From Candidatus Tayloriibacteriota bacterium (lineage in GTDB: Bacteria > Patescibacteriota > Minisyncoccia > Phycocordibacterales > PALSA-1337), in contig CALRBR010000005.1 of assembly GCA_943354385.1 (NCBI GenBank), positions 1 through 61,352 of the forward strand: a DNA stretch of 61,352 bases, written 5' to 3'. Made by a program: the position numbers and the translations under genes. Positions 1 to 9,226 of the stretch are shown here, piece by piece. The notes beneath the pieces were generated by a model, which saw nothing but the letters and a program-made list of their open reading frames with translations, was not told where the DNA came from and made no database searches. Numbering within the stretch: position 1 is the stretch's first letter; the number at the start of each line of letters is the position of its first letter.

Positions 1-377
1 ATGTTGGTCTTATCGAAATTATAAGTCCAGATGCTTACGTGCGCGGAATAACATCAATACAAAAAGTCTTTACCGAATCATTTTGTGCATATACTCCATC
101 TCTCGGTGAAAAAGTAGCCATACTCGGATATCCTGTCATCGGTACAGTAGGAGATATTACAGCAACCGAGGGAATTATTTCCGGCTATGACAGTGACTAC
201 TACATTACTTCGGCTAAAATCGAACATGGCAACTCGGGCGGTATCGCACTTTCAATAGATAAAAATTGCATCCTCGGCATCCCAACTTTTGTCCGTAAAG
301 GTGAGATCGAAACCCTCGGCAGAATACTTTCAGCACAAGCTATCTTTGCAAAATGGGGTGTACCTTTGAACCAGTAA
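1..377 (+). CDS. Trypsin-like serine protease, C-terminal part (5' end outside window)
   Basis: The frame is open from the window start (VGLIEI...). It contains GYP...GDITATEGIIS and the catalytic-Ser motif HGNSGG. Confidence 0.8.
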   Translation, partial: VGLIEIISPDAYVRGITSIQKVFTESFCAYTPSLGEKVAILGYPVIGTVGDITATEGIISGYDSDYYITSAKIEHGNSGGIALSIDKNCILGIPTFVRKGEIETLGRILSAQAIFAKWGVPLNQ

Positions 378-472
378 AGTCCCCTAGCCAGAGTACTGTC
401 ATTACAGTGTCGATCGTTTGTGATCGACACATGTAGACGACCTTTGGAAATGGAAACTTGTGTGTGGATCAA

Positions 473-522
473 TTCCTCCTTTTCTAAAGGAGGTGCCTAG
501 TAATCTGGGTGGAGGATTTTAA
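473..522. repeat. REP-like palindrome, family A (CCTCC-TTTTCTAAA-GGAGG...GGAGGATTTT)
   Basis: Related copies occur at 13699-13750, 28302-28432, 34477-34526 and 46725-46890. Confidence 0.75.
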
Positions 523-577
523 ATAAGAATTTCGAATCACAACGATATATCGTAGTGATTCGACCAAAAACTGCTTC

Positions 578-606
578 AAAGGCTCAACGCCACGCCGTTG
601 AGCCTT
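578..606. repeat. REP-like palindrome, family B (AAAGGCTCAACG...CGTTGAGCCTTT)
   Basis: Related copies occur at 7492-7577, 17802-17832, 42855-43040, 45564-45598, 61085-61220 and inside ligA. Confidence 0.7.
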
Positions 607-670
607 TCAGCCGAATAAGGCCCATACTTAGGGCTACTTTTCACAAAAAACACAAAATAGCTGTATAGAT

Positions 671-1942
671 CTACACCGATGCGTCATCCTGGCCTCGAAT
701 AGCTGTTGAAGCAAACTTGAAGAATAGAATAAGTGCCGTAAGCCAAAAAGCTCCTAGGGCAAAGCCGGCTATCACATCAGAAACCCAGTGCACATTGAGA
801 TATACTCGACTAAACCCAACAAGGATAAAAAGTAATAGGCTAAGTGTGCCAAAAATCTCTCTACCTATCTTGTTTTTAATCACACCACCAAACACATAAA
901 TCAGTGCGCAGAAAAATATCGCCGCCATAGTCGCATGGCCACTCGGAAAGCTAAACCCTGTCTCAAGTATCACCGCATTCTCTGGTCTTACCCGCTCAAC
1001 CAGCTCTTTTAACACGCCTTGAAAGAGCGCCCCGCCAAGTAATGCAAAAGAAATGACAAGTGCCTGATGGATTCTCTTTTTCCACATCAAATAACAGGCA
1101 ATCGCGAGACCTGCGAGTACCAAGTGGACTGGTCCAAAAAAATTAGTAATTCCCGTAAAAATATCTGCTCCCATCACATTCTGTATACTCATCATCTTTA
1201 GATTGACCCACACATCGAGCTCAGCTAGGGACGACTCAACACTAAATACGTCTTGAATTGTCTTGAAAAAAATATAGAGAGAAGTGATGTTTACGAGTAA
1301 TGTATAAAAATGGTACTTCGCAAAAATATGTTGCTGTCGGTTTATAAAACGATATGCCCATACAATAAGAATACTCAAAATAATGGCGATACCGACAAAC
1401 TTTCCTATGTACTGCGAAGCGATTTCGTAACTTGCCCCAAAAACATACCCGACTAGTACCGAGGAGACTGACCATAGAATCCCCCCTGAAATATTATAGA
1501 GCCAAAATTTATTCACATGCACATCTCCCGCTCCTGCCAAAAAAGGTGTAAACGCTCGTGTCACCGGACTAAATCTTCCTATTACAAGTGCCTTTCCTGT
1601 ATGTCTATTCATGGCGTCTTTGGCTTTCTGTAGATGGGCTTCTGTGATAAAAAAGTATTTACCAAATTTACGAATCAAATCGTAGCCATATTTCTTACCA
1701 ACCCTATAGCCGATCACATCTCCAACTATTGCTCCAAGGGAAACAATAAACAAAACTGGCCACAAATCTAGTGTGCCGAGCCGTACCAGAAACCCACTTA
1801 AAATCACCAGTGAGTGTCCGGGAATAAATGTCCCAACGAGTGGCAGGGCCTCTATCACTGCAATCAAAAATAGCACTGTATACGCCCCATACCCCAAAGT
1901 GTCGAGTGGAATGCTATTTATAAGTGATTCAAAATCGAACAT
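671..1942 (-). CDS. Bifunctional DedA family / PAP2 phosphatase membrane protein
   Basis: N-terminal DedA motifs (GAIVGDVIGY, GRF.P..R) and C-terminal PAP2 motifs (K...RVRP, SFPSGH, SRVYLNVHW.SDV). Confidence 0.9.
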   Translation of the reverse strand: MFDFESLINSIPLDTLGYGAYTVLFLIAVIEALPLVGTFIPGHSLVILSGFLVRLGTLDLWPVLFIVSLGAIVGDVIGYRVGKKYGYDLIRKFGKYFFITEAHLQKAKDAMNRHTGKALVIGRFSPVTRAFTPFLAGAGDVHVNKFWLYNISGGILWSVSSVLVGYVFGASYEIASQYIGKFVGIAIILSILIVWAYRFINRQQHIFAKYHFYTLLVNITSLYIFFKTIQDVFSVESSLAELDVWVNLKMMSIQNVMGADIFTGITNFFGPVHLVLAGLAIACYLMWKKRIHQALVISFALLGGALFQGVLKELVERVRPENAVILETGFSFPSGHATMAAIFFCALIYVFGGVIKNKIGREIFGTLSLLLFILVGFSRVYLNVHWVSDVIAGFALGAFWLTALILFFKFASTAIRGQDDASV

Positions 1943-1955
1943 ACAGAATAAGTCT

Positions 1956-2705
1956 CTACCTTAGAGCAAATGATGCCTTAACTGTAAGCATAATGTCCTT
2001 TTCAATTTTAGACATGTCGTATGAGCCGTAGTCATTTATTTCATTAGAATTTTTACTCAATACCTGGACCACGCCACTAGAGGCTGACCTTAGAGAACCA
2101 ATCTTTTTACCGCTCGCTTCAGCAATCTTTGAAGCCCGCGCCTGAGCATCTCGTATCGCATCCTCCAAAAGAGAGACCCTTAGCTCACTAAGTTTTGAAT
2201 ATGAATACTCTATACCACCCGTTGAGAAAATCACACCTCTTTCAATAAGTTGCTGAACATTTTTCGCCACCTCTGTAATGCGGGTGACGTCTTTAGAATT
2301 TATTTCTATATTTTGGCTCAAGGTATATTCCCTTTCAGTTCCAGATGATTGATTGTAATCATACACCTGATCCATAAAAACTGGTGAGATGTCTATCTCA
2401 AGGTCTTTAACTACTTTCGCTTTTAAAAAAACCTTCACCTGAAAGAGATCGCTCTCCATCTTTGCATAACCAGCTTTTAGACCACTAAGTTTTACTGTAC
2501 GACTAAATACGCCCTTCCATTTTACGGTATCAGAAACCACACCAGTACGAACAGAACCGGTTACAGAAAGAGCGTCAGAAAGTGACTGCGCGCGATAATA
2601 TGTCCATGATGCGATTATCGTACACAAAATCAGGCTAGATGCCATAATATATGGTGCAAACTGCAAAGGTTTGAGTATTTGATTTTTATTTGTTTCGGTA
2701 GCCAT
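1956..2705 (-). CDS. SIMPL domain (DUF541) protein
   Basis: N-terminal TM, LSVTG motif, A..DA..RA..IA...G..IG.L motif, C-terminal V.ASF. Confidence 0.85.
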   Translation of the reverse strand: MATETNKNQILKPLQFAPYIMASSLILCTIIASWTYYRAQSLSDALSVTGSVRTGVVSDTVKWKGVFSRTVKLSGLKAGYAKMESDLFQVKVFLKAKVVKDLEIDISPVFMDQVYDYNQSSGTEREYTLSQNIEINSKDVTRITEVAKNVQQLIERGVIFSTGGIEYSYSKLSELRVSLLEDAIRDAQARASKIAEASGKKIGSLRSASSGVVQVLSKNSNEINDYGSYDMSKIEKDIMLTVKASFALR

Positions 2706-2717
2706 TTTAAAATGTAT

Positions 2718-3146
2718 TTAGTTTAGTGACGAGACATCCTTCACCCAAAACTTTTTTAGAGCGTATTTTCCAGAACCTAGACATGCAACACCTAGCAATA
2801 CTAGAAATAATACTAGATCGAGCTCATAACCCGCCTTACCCGGCATACCTGCAAATCCATTACCAAACTTCACTAGCGAAATAGCAACAAACATAACGAT
2901 GGCTAGTAAAACGGCTGAAACTTCCACAAACAAACCCAAAAGAAGTGCGATTCCACCAAAGAATTCTGCCGCCGCAACAACATAAGCAAAAACTTCTGGT
3001 ACATTTAGCATCGAAAAGAATCCAGTGGTCTGAGCCATGTTTTGAAACTTCCCTAGTCCATGATAAATAAAGACGATCGCCAAGGCCACTCGTATAAGAA
3101 GAAGACCTACGTTTGGATTATATATTTTTGATGCAAAATTCTTCAT
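2718..3146 (-). CDS. DoxX family membrane protein
   Basis: LLIRVALAIVFIYHGLGK, EFFGG, GYE and GSGKYAL motifs. Start placed at the internal ATG (MKNF). Confidence 0.9.
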   Translation of the reverse strand: MKNFASKIYNPNVGLLLIRVALAIVFIYHGLGKFQNMAQTTGFFSMLNVPEVFAYVVAAAEFFGGIALLLGLFVEVSAVLLAIVMFVAISLVKFGNGFAGMPGKAGYELDLVLFLVLLGVACLGSGKYALKKFWVKDVSSLN

Positions 3147-3213
3147 ATAAATTAAAATTACGATAAATGAATAAATACCACTGCGTATCAATAATATAAC
3201 ACTAAAACAGCCT

Positions 3214-4059
3214 TTAATCTAGGCGGTACAAGTCCTGATTGTACTCACCCACGCCAATATATTCCGCCTCACCTTTGATAATCTTTTCAAAGGGTATGCA
3301 TGCAAAACAACCACTTTCTCCTCGTGGACAAATATACTTGCCGGACTCTCGAGCCGATTTTACCTTTCTAGCTACTTTTATTACTCTGTTGTATGATTCT
3401 TTTACAGATGGCAGCTCGACAGATATCGGTGCATCATCCTTGTCTAAATACCAGTAGCTCGCACAAGTGACTTTTCTCTTTTGTAACTTATTCAAAAGCA
3501 GTTGGTAAATAGGTAGCTGGAGTGATTCCAAATTTTCTTCATTTTTACCCGTTTTGAAATCAAGTACTCGAATACTGTCATCTTCCGGGACATACTCGAG
3601 CCAGTCTATCTTGCCACAAAGAATAATATTCTCTTCTTCCGAAAGAAAAAAATTGGGTGGCATGTCGTTTTGGCCATTTTTGAGTTTCAGTGCCTTATTC
3701 AAAAGTGGGCCAGGGTTTTTCATTACTCGAAGTATCATATCCCTACCACGATTTTTGGCCAAAAGCTCATCCGCTTCACTGGTAAATCCCCCTTTTTTGC
3801 CTGACACTTTTTGCCAAGCTTGTTCGTATTGTTCTAGTAGTGGCTGGTTAAAACGTTCTTCGGATTTGTAATTTGCTAGCCCCTCTACCACTTCGTGCAC
3901 CGACACACCAAGTGCAAGCGCTGGACTGACGAGATTTATTTTCCGTTTCGTTTTTGGATCTTTATATACATTATGTAAAAAATACGCCCGAGGACATTTA
4001 AGAAAATCCCCCATCGATGAATGTGATACCCACACTGCTTTATATTTGTCTTGAGGCAT
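3214..4059 (-). CDS. PD-(D/E)XK nuclease (RecB/Cas4-like, probable Fe-S)
   Basis: S.S....F..CP, G...H, GKID, DFKTG and QLPIY motifs, with C-terminal C..C..C. Confidence 0.85.
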   Translation of the reverse strand: MPQDKYKAVWVSHSSMGDFLKCPRAYFLHNVYKDPKTKRKINLVSPALALGVSVHEVVEGLANYKSEERFNQPLLEQYEQAWQKVSGKKGGFTSEADELLAKNRGRDMILRVMKNPGPLLNKALKLKNGQNDMPPNFFLSEEENIILCGKIDWLEYVPEDDSIRVLDFKTGKNEENLESLQLPIYQLLLNKLQKRKVTCASYWYLDKDDAPISVELPSVKESYNRVIKVARKVKSARESGKYICPRGESGCFACIPFEKIIKGEAEYIGVGEYNQDLYRLD

Positions 4060-4240
4060 TGATATAGTCTACCGCGAATTACAAAATACGTCGAAGATCT
4101 ATATCCTCATTTCAACAATCAACCGCAACACCATTTCACCGATCAAGTTTAATGTTACCTGACTAATTTACTCGTCAGAATATTTTTCCAAAAATAGGAT
4201 TTACACCTCTGGTGATGTAAAAGACTTTGTTAGTAACCAA

Positions 4241-5554
4241 CTAGTTCCAACTTCTGGCTGGACTTTTTTCCATCACACTTTCAAGCTCTTTTACTTTCTC
4301 TAACATTTTTTTATCAAGAGGTCTGAGGACAGCTAGGAAATCTTTCTCTTTTGGTGTAAGTGTTAGTCGGCCTATTTGCTCAAGACGATCCCTAGACTCT
4401 TGGAGTAATTTACCGATAGTCAGATTTTTGTCTTCAGCAAGTTTTCGCGCAAAAACCCCATCCACCTTAATTATATCGTTATAGTCGATCAGGCCAGCCG
4501 AGGACAACTTTTCAATTCCTTTTTGTGCCGAATCCCTGGTACTAAGTTTTTTATTTACTTCGTCGAGCAATTTCTGCTCCTCATCAAGATGTTTTTGTCT
4601 GACAGCTTGTTCACCATCAATTTTCCTCCCCTTAAAACCCAAAAAACCACGGGATTGACCGGCATTGTGACGGATCTCCTGTTCAGATTGTCTTATTTTG
4701 CCTTCGAGCTCTCGTTGTTTGTTTAGATTTACTGAATCTTCTTGTCGAGAGGCGCTGGTTGGTTCGATTCGAACTCGACCTTCACCATAGAGTTGCGCAT
4801 AGATTCGTGTATCAAAAAGCTCTGACAGTTCAGCCTGTAGCAACAAAACTGATTCTAGTTTTCTTTTCGCCGACTCCTTATTTTCTTCAATTTCCTTGTC
4901 TATTTCTTCAAGCGCGCTAAAACTCCCCAAATATCTCCTATCAGCTGGGTCAATCTTCGCGAATCTCCATCCCCGAACTAAATTCTGAATCTCTGTAGCC
5001 TTTTCCTCAGTTGCTACCAAGTGTTTTCTGTATTCCTCCTGGGCATTACTGAATTCCTTAAATGCCCAGGATGTTTCTACTTGAGTTTCTAGCCTATTTT
5101 TTACATCCTGCTTAAACTTTTCAATTGCTTCTTCACTTTCAAAAACACTACTCTGTGGTCCTGTGCGGTCCGCTTGATCTATAGTTACTCTTATACCTCT
5201 TTTCTCCTCTACTTTTTTTGCTCTTTCAATTTCCTTATCAATTGCCTTCTTGTATGCCTCAACTTTTGCTTGCCGAACAAAATCAGCGCCAACTTTTTGT
5301 GCATCAGAAAGATCATCCTCTGTGGTTAAGAGGTCTATTGTAGATGCTACTGCATAATTTGGCTCTCTAATCAAAGCTGTGACAGCGTTGATATTACCAT
5401 CAGCCTCTTTTTCAATCCTTTCACGAACAACGTCTTCGGGGGTTTGTTCGACTATTTCTTTTTTTTCATCTTCAACCTTGGTGGTTTCAATTAGATTTGG
5501 TTTTATGATTCCTCCCTCGACAGGAGCCTCATTTTTTCTAGGCATATAAAACAT
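4241..5554 (-). CDS. Hypothetical coiled-coil protein
   Basis: 437-aa ORF rich in Glu/Lys and predicted helical. No recognised motif. Confidence 0.7.
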   Translation of the reverse strand: MFYMPRKNEAPVEGGIIKPNLIETTKVEDEKKEIVEQTPEDVVRERIEKEADGNINAVTALIREPNYAVASTIDLLTTEDDLSDAQKVGADFVRQAKVEAYKKAIDKEIERAKKVEEKRGIRVTIDQADRTGPQSSVFESEEAIEKFKQDVKNRLETQVETSWAFKEFSNAQEEYRKHLVATEEKATEIQNLVRGWRFAKIDPADRRYLGSFSALEEIDKEIEENKESAKRKLESVLLLQAELSELFDTRIYAQLYGEGRVRIEPTSASRQEDSVNLNKQRELEGKIRQSEQEIRHNAGQSRGFLGFKGRKIDGEQAVRQKHLDEEQKLLDEVNKKLSTRDSAQKGIEKLSSAGLIDYNDIIKVDGVFARKLAEDKNLTIGKLLQESRDRLEQIGRLTLTPKEKDFLAVLRPLDKKMLEKVKELESVMEKSPARSWN

Positions 5555-5665
5555 AGTTAATGATAATACAAATATTATAGCATGATATTTTACAAAACAT
5601 ATCCTACTGTTTTTTAAACCTTTCGATACCGAGCCAAACCTCTATTGATATGATAGTATTGAATC

Positions 5666-6376
5666 ATGGTAATTTCAAGCAAAAAACAGAGAAAAGTAGC
5701 GATTTTTGATGTTGATGGCACCATTTTTCGCTCAAGTTTGCTCATAAAGCTCGTGGAAGTGTTTATTGAAGAGAACATTTTTCCATCTACTGCCAAAAAG
5801 GGCTACGCCAACGAACACAAGCTTTGGCTCGAACGTAAAGGAACTTATGACGAATACATCGAAGCAATCATCAGAGTTTTTATCGAGCACATACGCGGGG
5901 TATCCTACATCGACTTTTTAAAAATAAGTAAAAAGGTTGTCGACAAACACAAAGATGAAACATATGTCTACACACGGACATTAGTAAAGAAATTAAAAAA
6001 ACAAGGGTACTTCCTACTAGCCATTTCCCAATCTCCAAAAGGAATCTTGGACACATTTTGTAAATATCTAGGTTTTGACAAGGTTTACGGACGATTTTAC
6101 GAAACTGACGCCGATGATAATTTTACCGGGCACGTAGCCGAGCTCCACCTAATAGCAAATAAAGCCAACATTGTAAAACGAGCGGTGGAAAGAGAAAATC
6201 TATCACTCAAAGGATCGTTTGGCGTTGGGGATACCGAGGGCGATATTCCAATGCTTGAGCTCGTCGAAAATCCAATCTGTTTTAATCCAAACCAAAAACT
6301 CTATCGTTTCGCTAAATTAAATAAATGGAAAGTGGTGGTAGAGAGAAAGGATGTGATGTACGATATTGCTGGGTAG
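5666..6376 (+). CDS. HAD-IB family hydrolase (phosphoserine phosphatase-like)
   Basis: DVDGT motif I and GDTEGD motif IV. Confidence 0.9.
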   Translation: MVISSKKQRKVAIFDVDGTIFRSSLLIKLVEVFIEENIFPSTAKKGYANEHKLWLERKGTYDEYIEAIIRVFIEHIRGVSYIDFLKISKKVVDKHKDETYVYTRTLVKKLKKQGYFLLAISQSPKGILDTFCKYLGFDKVYGRFYETDADDNFTGHVAELHLIANKANIVKRAVERENLSLKGSFGVGDTEGDIPMLELVENPICFNPNQKLYRFAKLNKWKVVVERKDVMYDIAG

Positions 6377-6421
6377 AAATTAGACATCAGATTTAAGAAG
6401 TAAGATTAATGATTCGGGGAA

Positions 6422-6464
6422 AGAAAATCCCCCGCGGCATAATAGCCGCGGGGGATTTTCTTTT
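6422..6464. terminator. Bidirectional intrinsic terminator
   Basis: GAAAATCCCCCGCGGC-ataata-GCCGCGGGGGATTTTC perfect hairpin between convergent genes. Confidence 0.85.
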
Positions 6465-6473
6465 GTCTAATGT

Positions 6474-7013
6474 CTAAATACTACGACCTACCCCCTTCTC
6501 CAAATAATTCAGAATTCTTTCCGCCACCTTCTCTATTGGTGTGGTAGTCGTATCTATAGATATATCAAAAGCTGAATCTGGTGCAAAATCTGAAATATTA
6601 TAAAATTCTTTATACCTCTGCGCACCAAATGATTCGCGTGCGGTTGTTAGTTTCTCTGCTTCCTCAATAGTAACAGCGTCTCTTTTTGCCACCCTTCCGA
6701 TACGCTCAGGAAAGTCACAGTGTAATTTTATCTTTGTAGAATCAGGAATAAAATACCATGCGAGACGACTTTCAATGACAAAATTATTATTATTTTCTCC
6801 AAAATTTTTAACCTCCTGATCAAGAGCCCTGTCGTGTTCAGGATTCTCATTGCATAGTTCCTCAAATTGATGCAAGGAGAGTCCGAGCGATTCTGCCTTG
6901 GCTCTAAAAATATTTCCGGTCGACATAAATGTATATCCTAGCCTTTTTGCGAGAATCTTGCCCATAGAGCTCGTGCCTGTACCCGCAAGACCAAATAGTG
7001 TAATTTTTGCCAT
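6474..7013 (-). CDS. cmk: Cytidylate kinase, archaeal-type
   Basis: Degenerate P-loop GLAGTGTSS, GNIFR and ESRLAW. Start placed at MAKIT. Confidence 0.75.
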   Translation of the reverse strand: MAKITLFGLAGTGTSSMGKILAKRLGYTFMSTGNIFRAKAESLGLSLHQFEELCNENPEHDRALDQEVKNFGENNNNFVIESRLAWYFIPDSTKIKLHCDFPERIGRVAKRDAVTIEEAEKLTTARESFGAQRYKEFYNISDFAPDSAFDISIDTTTTPIEKVAERILNYLEKGVGRSI

Positions 7014-7600
7014 GTAATATCCTAGCACGAAATCATAATAATTAACCACCCCGTGTCAGTAAGACCATGGATTATGGCTTTGCCGAATCAATACTTTCGT
7101 GCAAAGAATCCTAGATCCAAGTACCTACCTACAGTGTCGACTAAATCTGGTATTCAAAACCTGACTCGTAGAAAATGCGGTTTTTTATTTTGTGGAAAGA
7201 TTTTTGGAACAAAAACAGTTAAATGAGATACCCACGAAATTTTCTAAGGAAACTTTCGTGGTCATAAAAAAATTATTAAAATACTTCAGATTACGAAAGG
7301 CCGTCGCAGGCGTATCTTTTTTGATAGGTTTTTAAGGCTGTCCTACCGAAAACTTCAGGATTTTTCTAGCCCAGAAAAATACGTACTTCGTCTACAGAGG
7401 CATATCTCTAACCGATAGGCCTCAAAAAGATACGCCAATAGAGGTATTTTGTAATTCGGAGTAAATATCCCTCTTTAGAAGCCTATTTTGGTGTAAAGGC
7501 TCAACGAGCGAAGGCGAGGAAGATAACGGGTCTAGCAAGACGCGTACCAATAACGGTACACCGTTGAGCCTTTACACTCTTTTTTTGCCTAATCCACCCA

Positions 7601-7641
7601 AATCAAAACCGGCCGCCCTTTCGGGCGGCCGGTTTTGATTT
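7601..7641 (-). terminator. Intrinsic terminator of the RRM gene
   Basis: AAATCAAAACCGGCCGCCC-tttc-GGGCGGCCGGTTTTGATTT hairpin immediately after the stop codon. Confidence 0.85.
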
Positions 7642-7643
7642 GC

Positions 7644-7955
7644 TTACCAGCTTCTCTTCTCTCCACCACCAAAACCTCGACTACCACCTTCTCGTGGTGC
7701 TCGTGGCTCCATAGGGCGAGCTTCGTTTACGGTAAGAGTTCGACCATCGAGCTCTTTTCCGTTAAACATAGAAACGGCGTTCGCAGCTTCCTCGTCTGTC
7801 GTCATTTCTACGAAACCAAAACCCTTTGATCGGCCAGTCATCTTGTCCATGATGATCGTAGCTGATGAAACGTTTCCGGCTGCACCGAAATGTGACTTGA
7901 GAGCGTCCTGGCTAGTACCATAAGAGATACCACCTACATACAACTTCTTTGCCAT
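7644..7955 (-). CDS. RRM-domain RNA-binding protein with Gly-rich tail
   Basis: RNP2 LYVGGI, RNP1 KGFGFVEM and L.VNEARP. Confidence 0.95.
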   Translation of the reverse strand: MAKKLYVGGISYGTSQDALKSHFGAAGNVSSATIIMDKMTGRSKGFGFVEMTTDEEAANAVSMFNGKELDGRTLTVNEARPMEPRAPREGGSRGFGGGEKRSW

Positions 7956-8075
7956 ACGTCTATATATTTTATGAATAAAATGTAAGGCGACCTATTTTAA
8001 CACTCCCAATCTTTACGACACCTCTCGGCGAAACCAAGAAAAGCACGATACTGTTGGAAGAAACTTACACAATAC

Positions 8076-8103
8076 ATTGTATACCAATGACTAGAAATGT
8101 CAA
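8076..8103 (-). promoter_or_regulatory. Sigma70 promoter of the RRM gene
   Basis: TTGACA...TACAAT on the minus strand, about 115 nt upstream of the ATG. Confidence 0.6.
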
Positions 8104-8117
8104 CCGTGGGCATAAAG

Positions 8118-8552
8118 CTACTGCGTCTGTTTTAAAAGCATTGCCCGAAATGTCTTTACACTAAAATAAAGTGCCAAAAAGAAAACCAGCGCTAAAGCCT
8201 GATTAAATACAAAATATGTCTCCATCGAGCCATGCCTGTTGTAGAGGCTTATAGCAATCACTTCAAAGGTAAAGCTCCCAAGTACCGAAAGCACCACATC
8301 TCCCCACATAATCCAAGTGTGTTTTGGTGTCGTCAGTCCAGCATAGAGCCCAAGAACCAATATTCCAGAAATGGCCATAAGGACTCCCCCTGTCACAACC
8401 GAAGCAAAAAATGGTAGGCCCACCAGCATAATCAGTCCAGCTAAAACAAAAAGTCTACGAACAATGTGGCCATGATAATGTGGTATCGTAGTGTGCTTTC
8501 TTAGACCGAGAAACGACCGCTTTGGTATAGGTATATTATCCTCATTTTCCAT
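8118..8552 (-). CDS. Hypothetical 4-TM membrane protein
   Basis: 144-aa ORF with four hydrophobic segments. Confidence 0.75.
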   Translation of the reverse strand: MENEDNIPIPKRSFLGLRKHTTIPHYHGHIVRRLFVLAGLIMLVGLPFFASVVTGGVLMAISGILVLGLYAGLTTPKHTWIMWGDVVLSVLGSFTFEVIAISLYNRHGSMETYFVFNQALALVFFLALYFSVKTFRAMLLKQTQ

Positions 8553-8679
8553 TGAACAATTATATCACATGTTAACAGACTCCACAAACATTTGGTACTT
8601 TAAAAAATCTGCTTAGAATGTATCCGCCCGCATCGACAATTGATGGATAAAAAGTTAAAATGACCAATATATATCAATC

Positions 8680-9219
8680 ATGGCTTCTTTTCTTAAAATT
8701 CTCCTCCGTATAGTTATTGTGTTTCTGCTTATTGGAGCCCTTGTTGCCCTAGTTGGTTATATCGGTAGTTATGCAAAAACGCTTAAGCAGTCCCTTATAG
8801 GCCAGCCGACACAGAGCATCCCTAACAGCTCTTACTCGCCACAAAATAGTACAACTCCCTCTGTCGCCGTCGGTAATACACTCATCCCTGTGGAGGTAAC
8901 GAGAGACTACGCGTCCATTCAAAAAGGTCTCTCGGGTAGACCGTATCTAGACCAAAATAGTGGCATGCTTTTTATCTTCCCAAAAGCCAGTATATATAGT
9001 TTCTGGATGCCTGACATGAATTTTCCTATCGATATTCTCTGGATAAACAACGGCCGAGTAGTCGACACAGATGAAAACATGAGCAATGTTTTTGATCCAG
9101 CTAATCCACGTTACTATAGACCGTCCTCCCCAGCTCAATTTGTACTAGAAATAAATGCTGGTTTTATAAGGAGAAATAATATTCGAATTGGCGACCCGGT
9201 GATTTTTAATAACATCTGA
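8680..9219 (+). CDS. DUF192 domain protein
   Basis: GLSGR..L....GMLFIF, FWMPDMNFPIDILWI and VLEINAG motifs. Confidence 0.9.
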   Translation: MASFLKILLRIVIVFLLIGALVALVGYIGSYAKTLKQSLIGQPTQSIPNSSYSPQNSTTPSVAVGNTLIPVEVTRDYASIQKGLSGRPYLDQNSGMLFIFPKASIYSFWMPDMNFPIDILWINNGRVVDTDENMSNVFDPANPRYYRPSSPAQFVLEINAGFIRRNNIRIGDPVIFNNI

Positions 9220-9226
9220 TACTCCC

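Noticed and set aside
3214-4059. CRISPR-Cas locus around the Cas4-like nuclease
   Set aside because: No repeat-spacer array and no other cas gene in the window.
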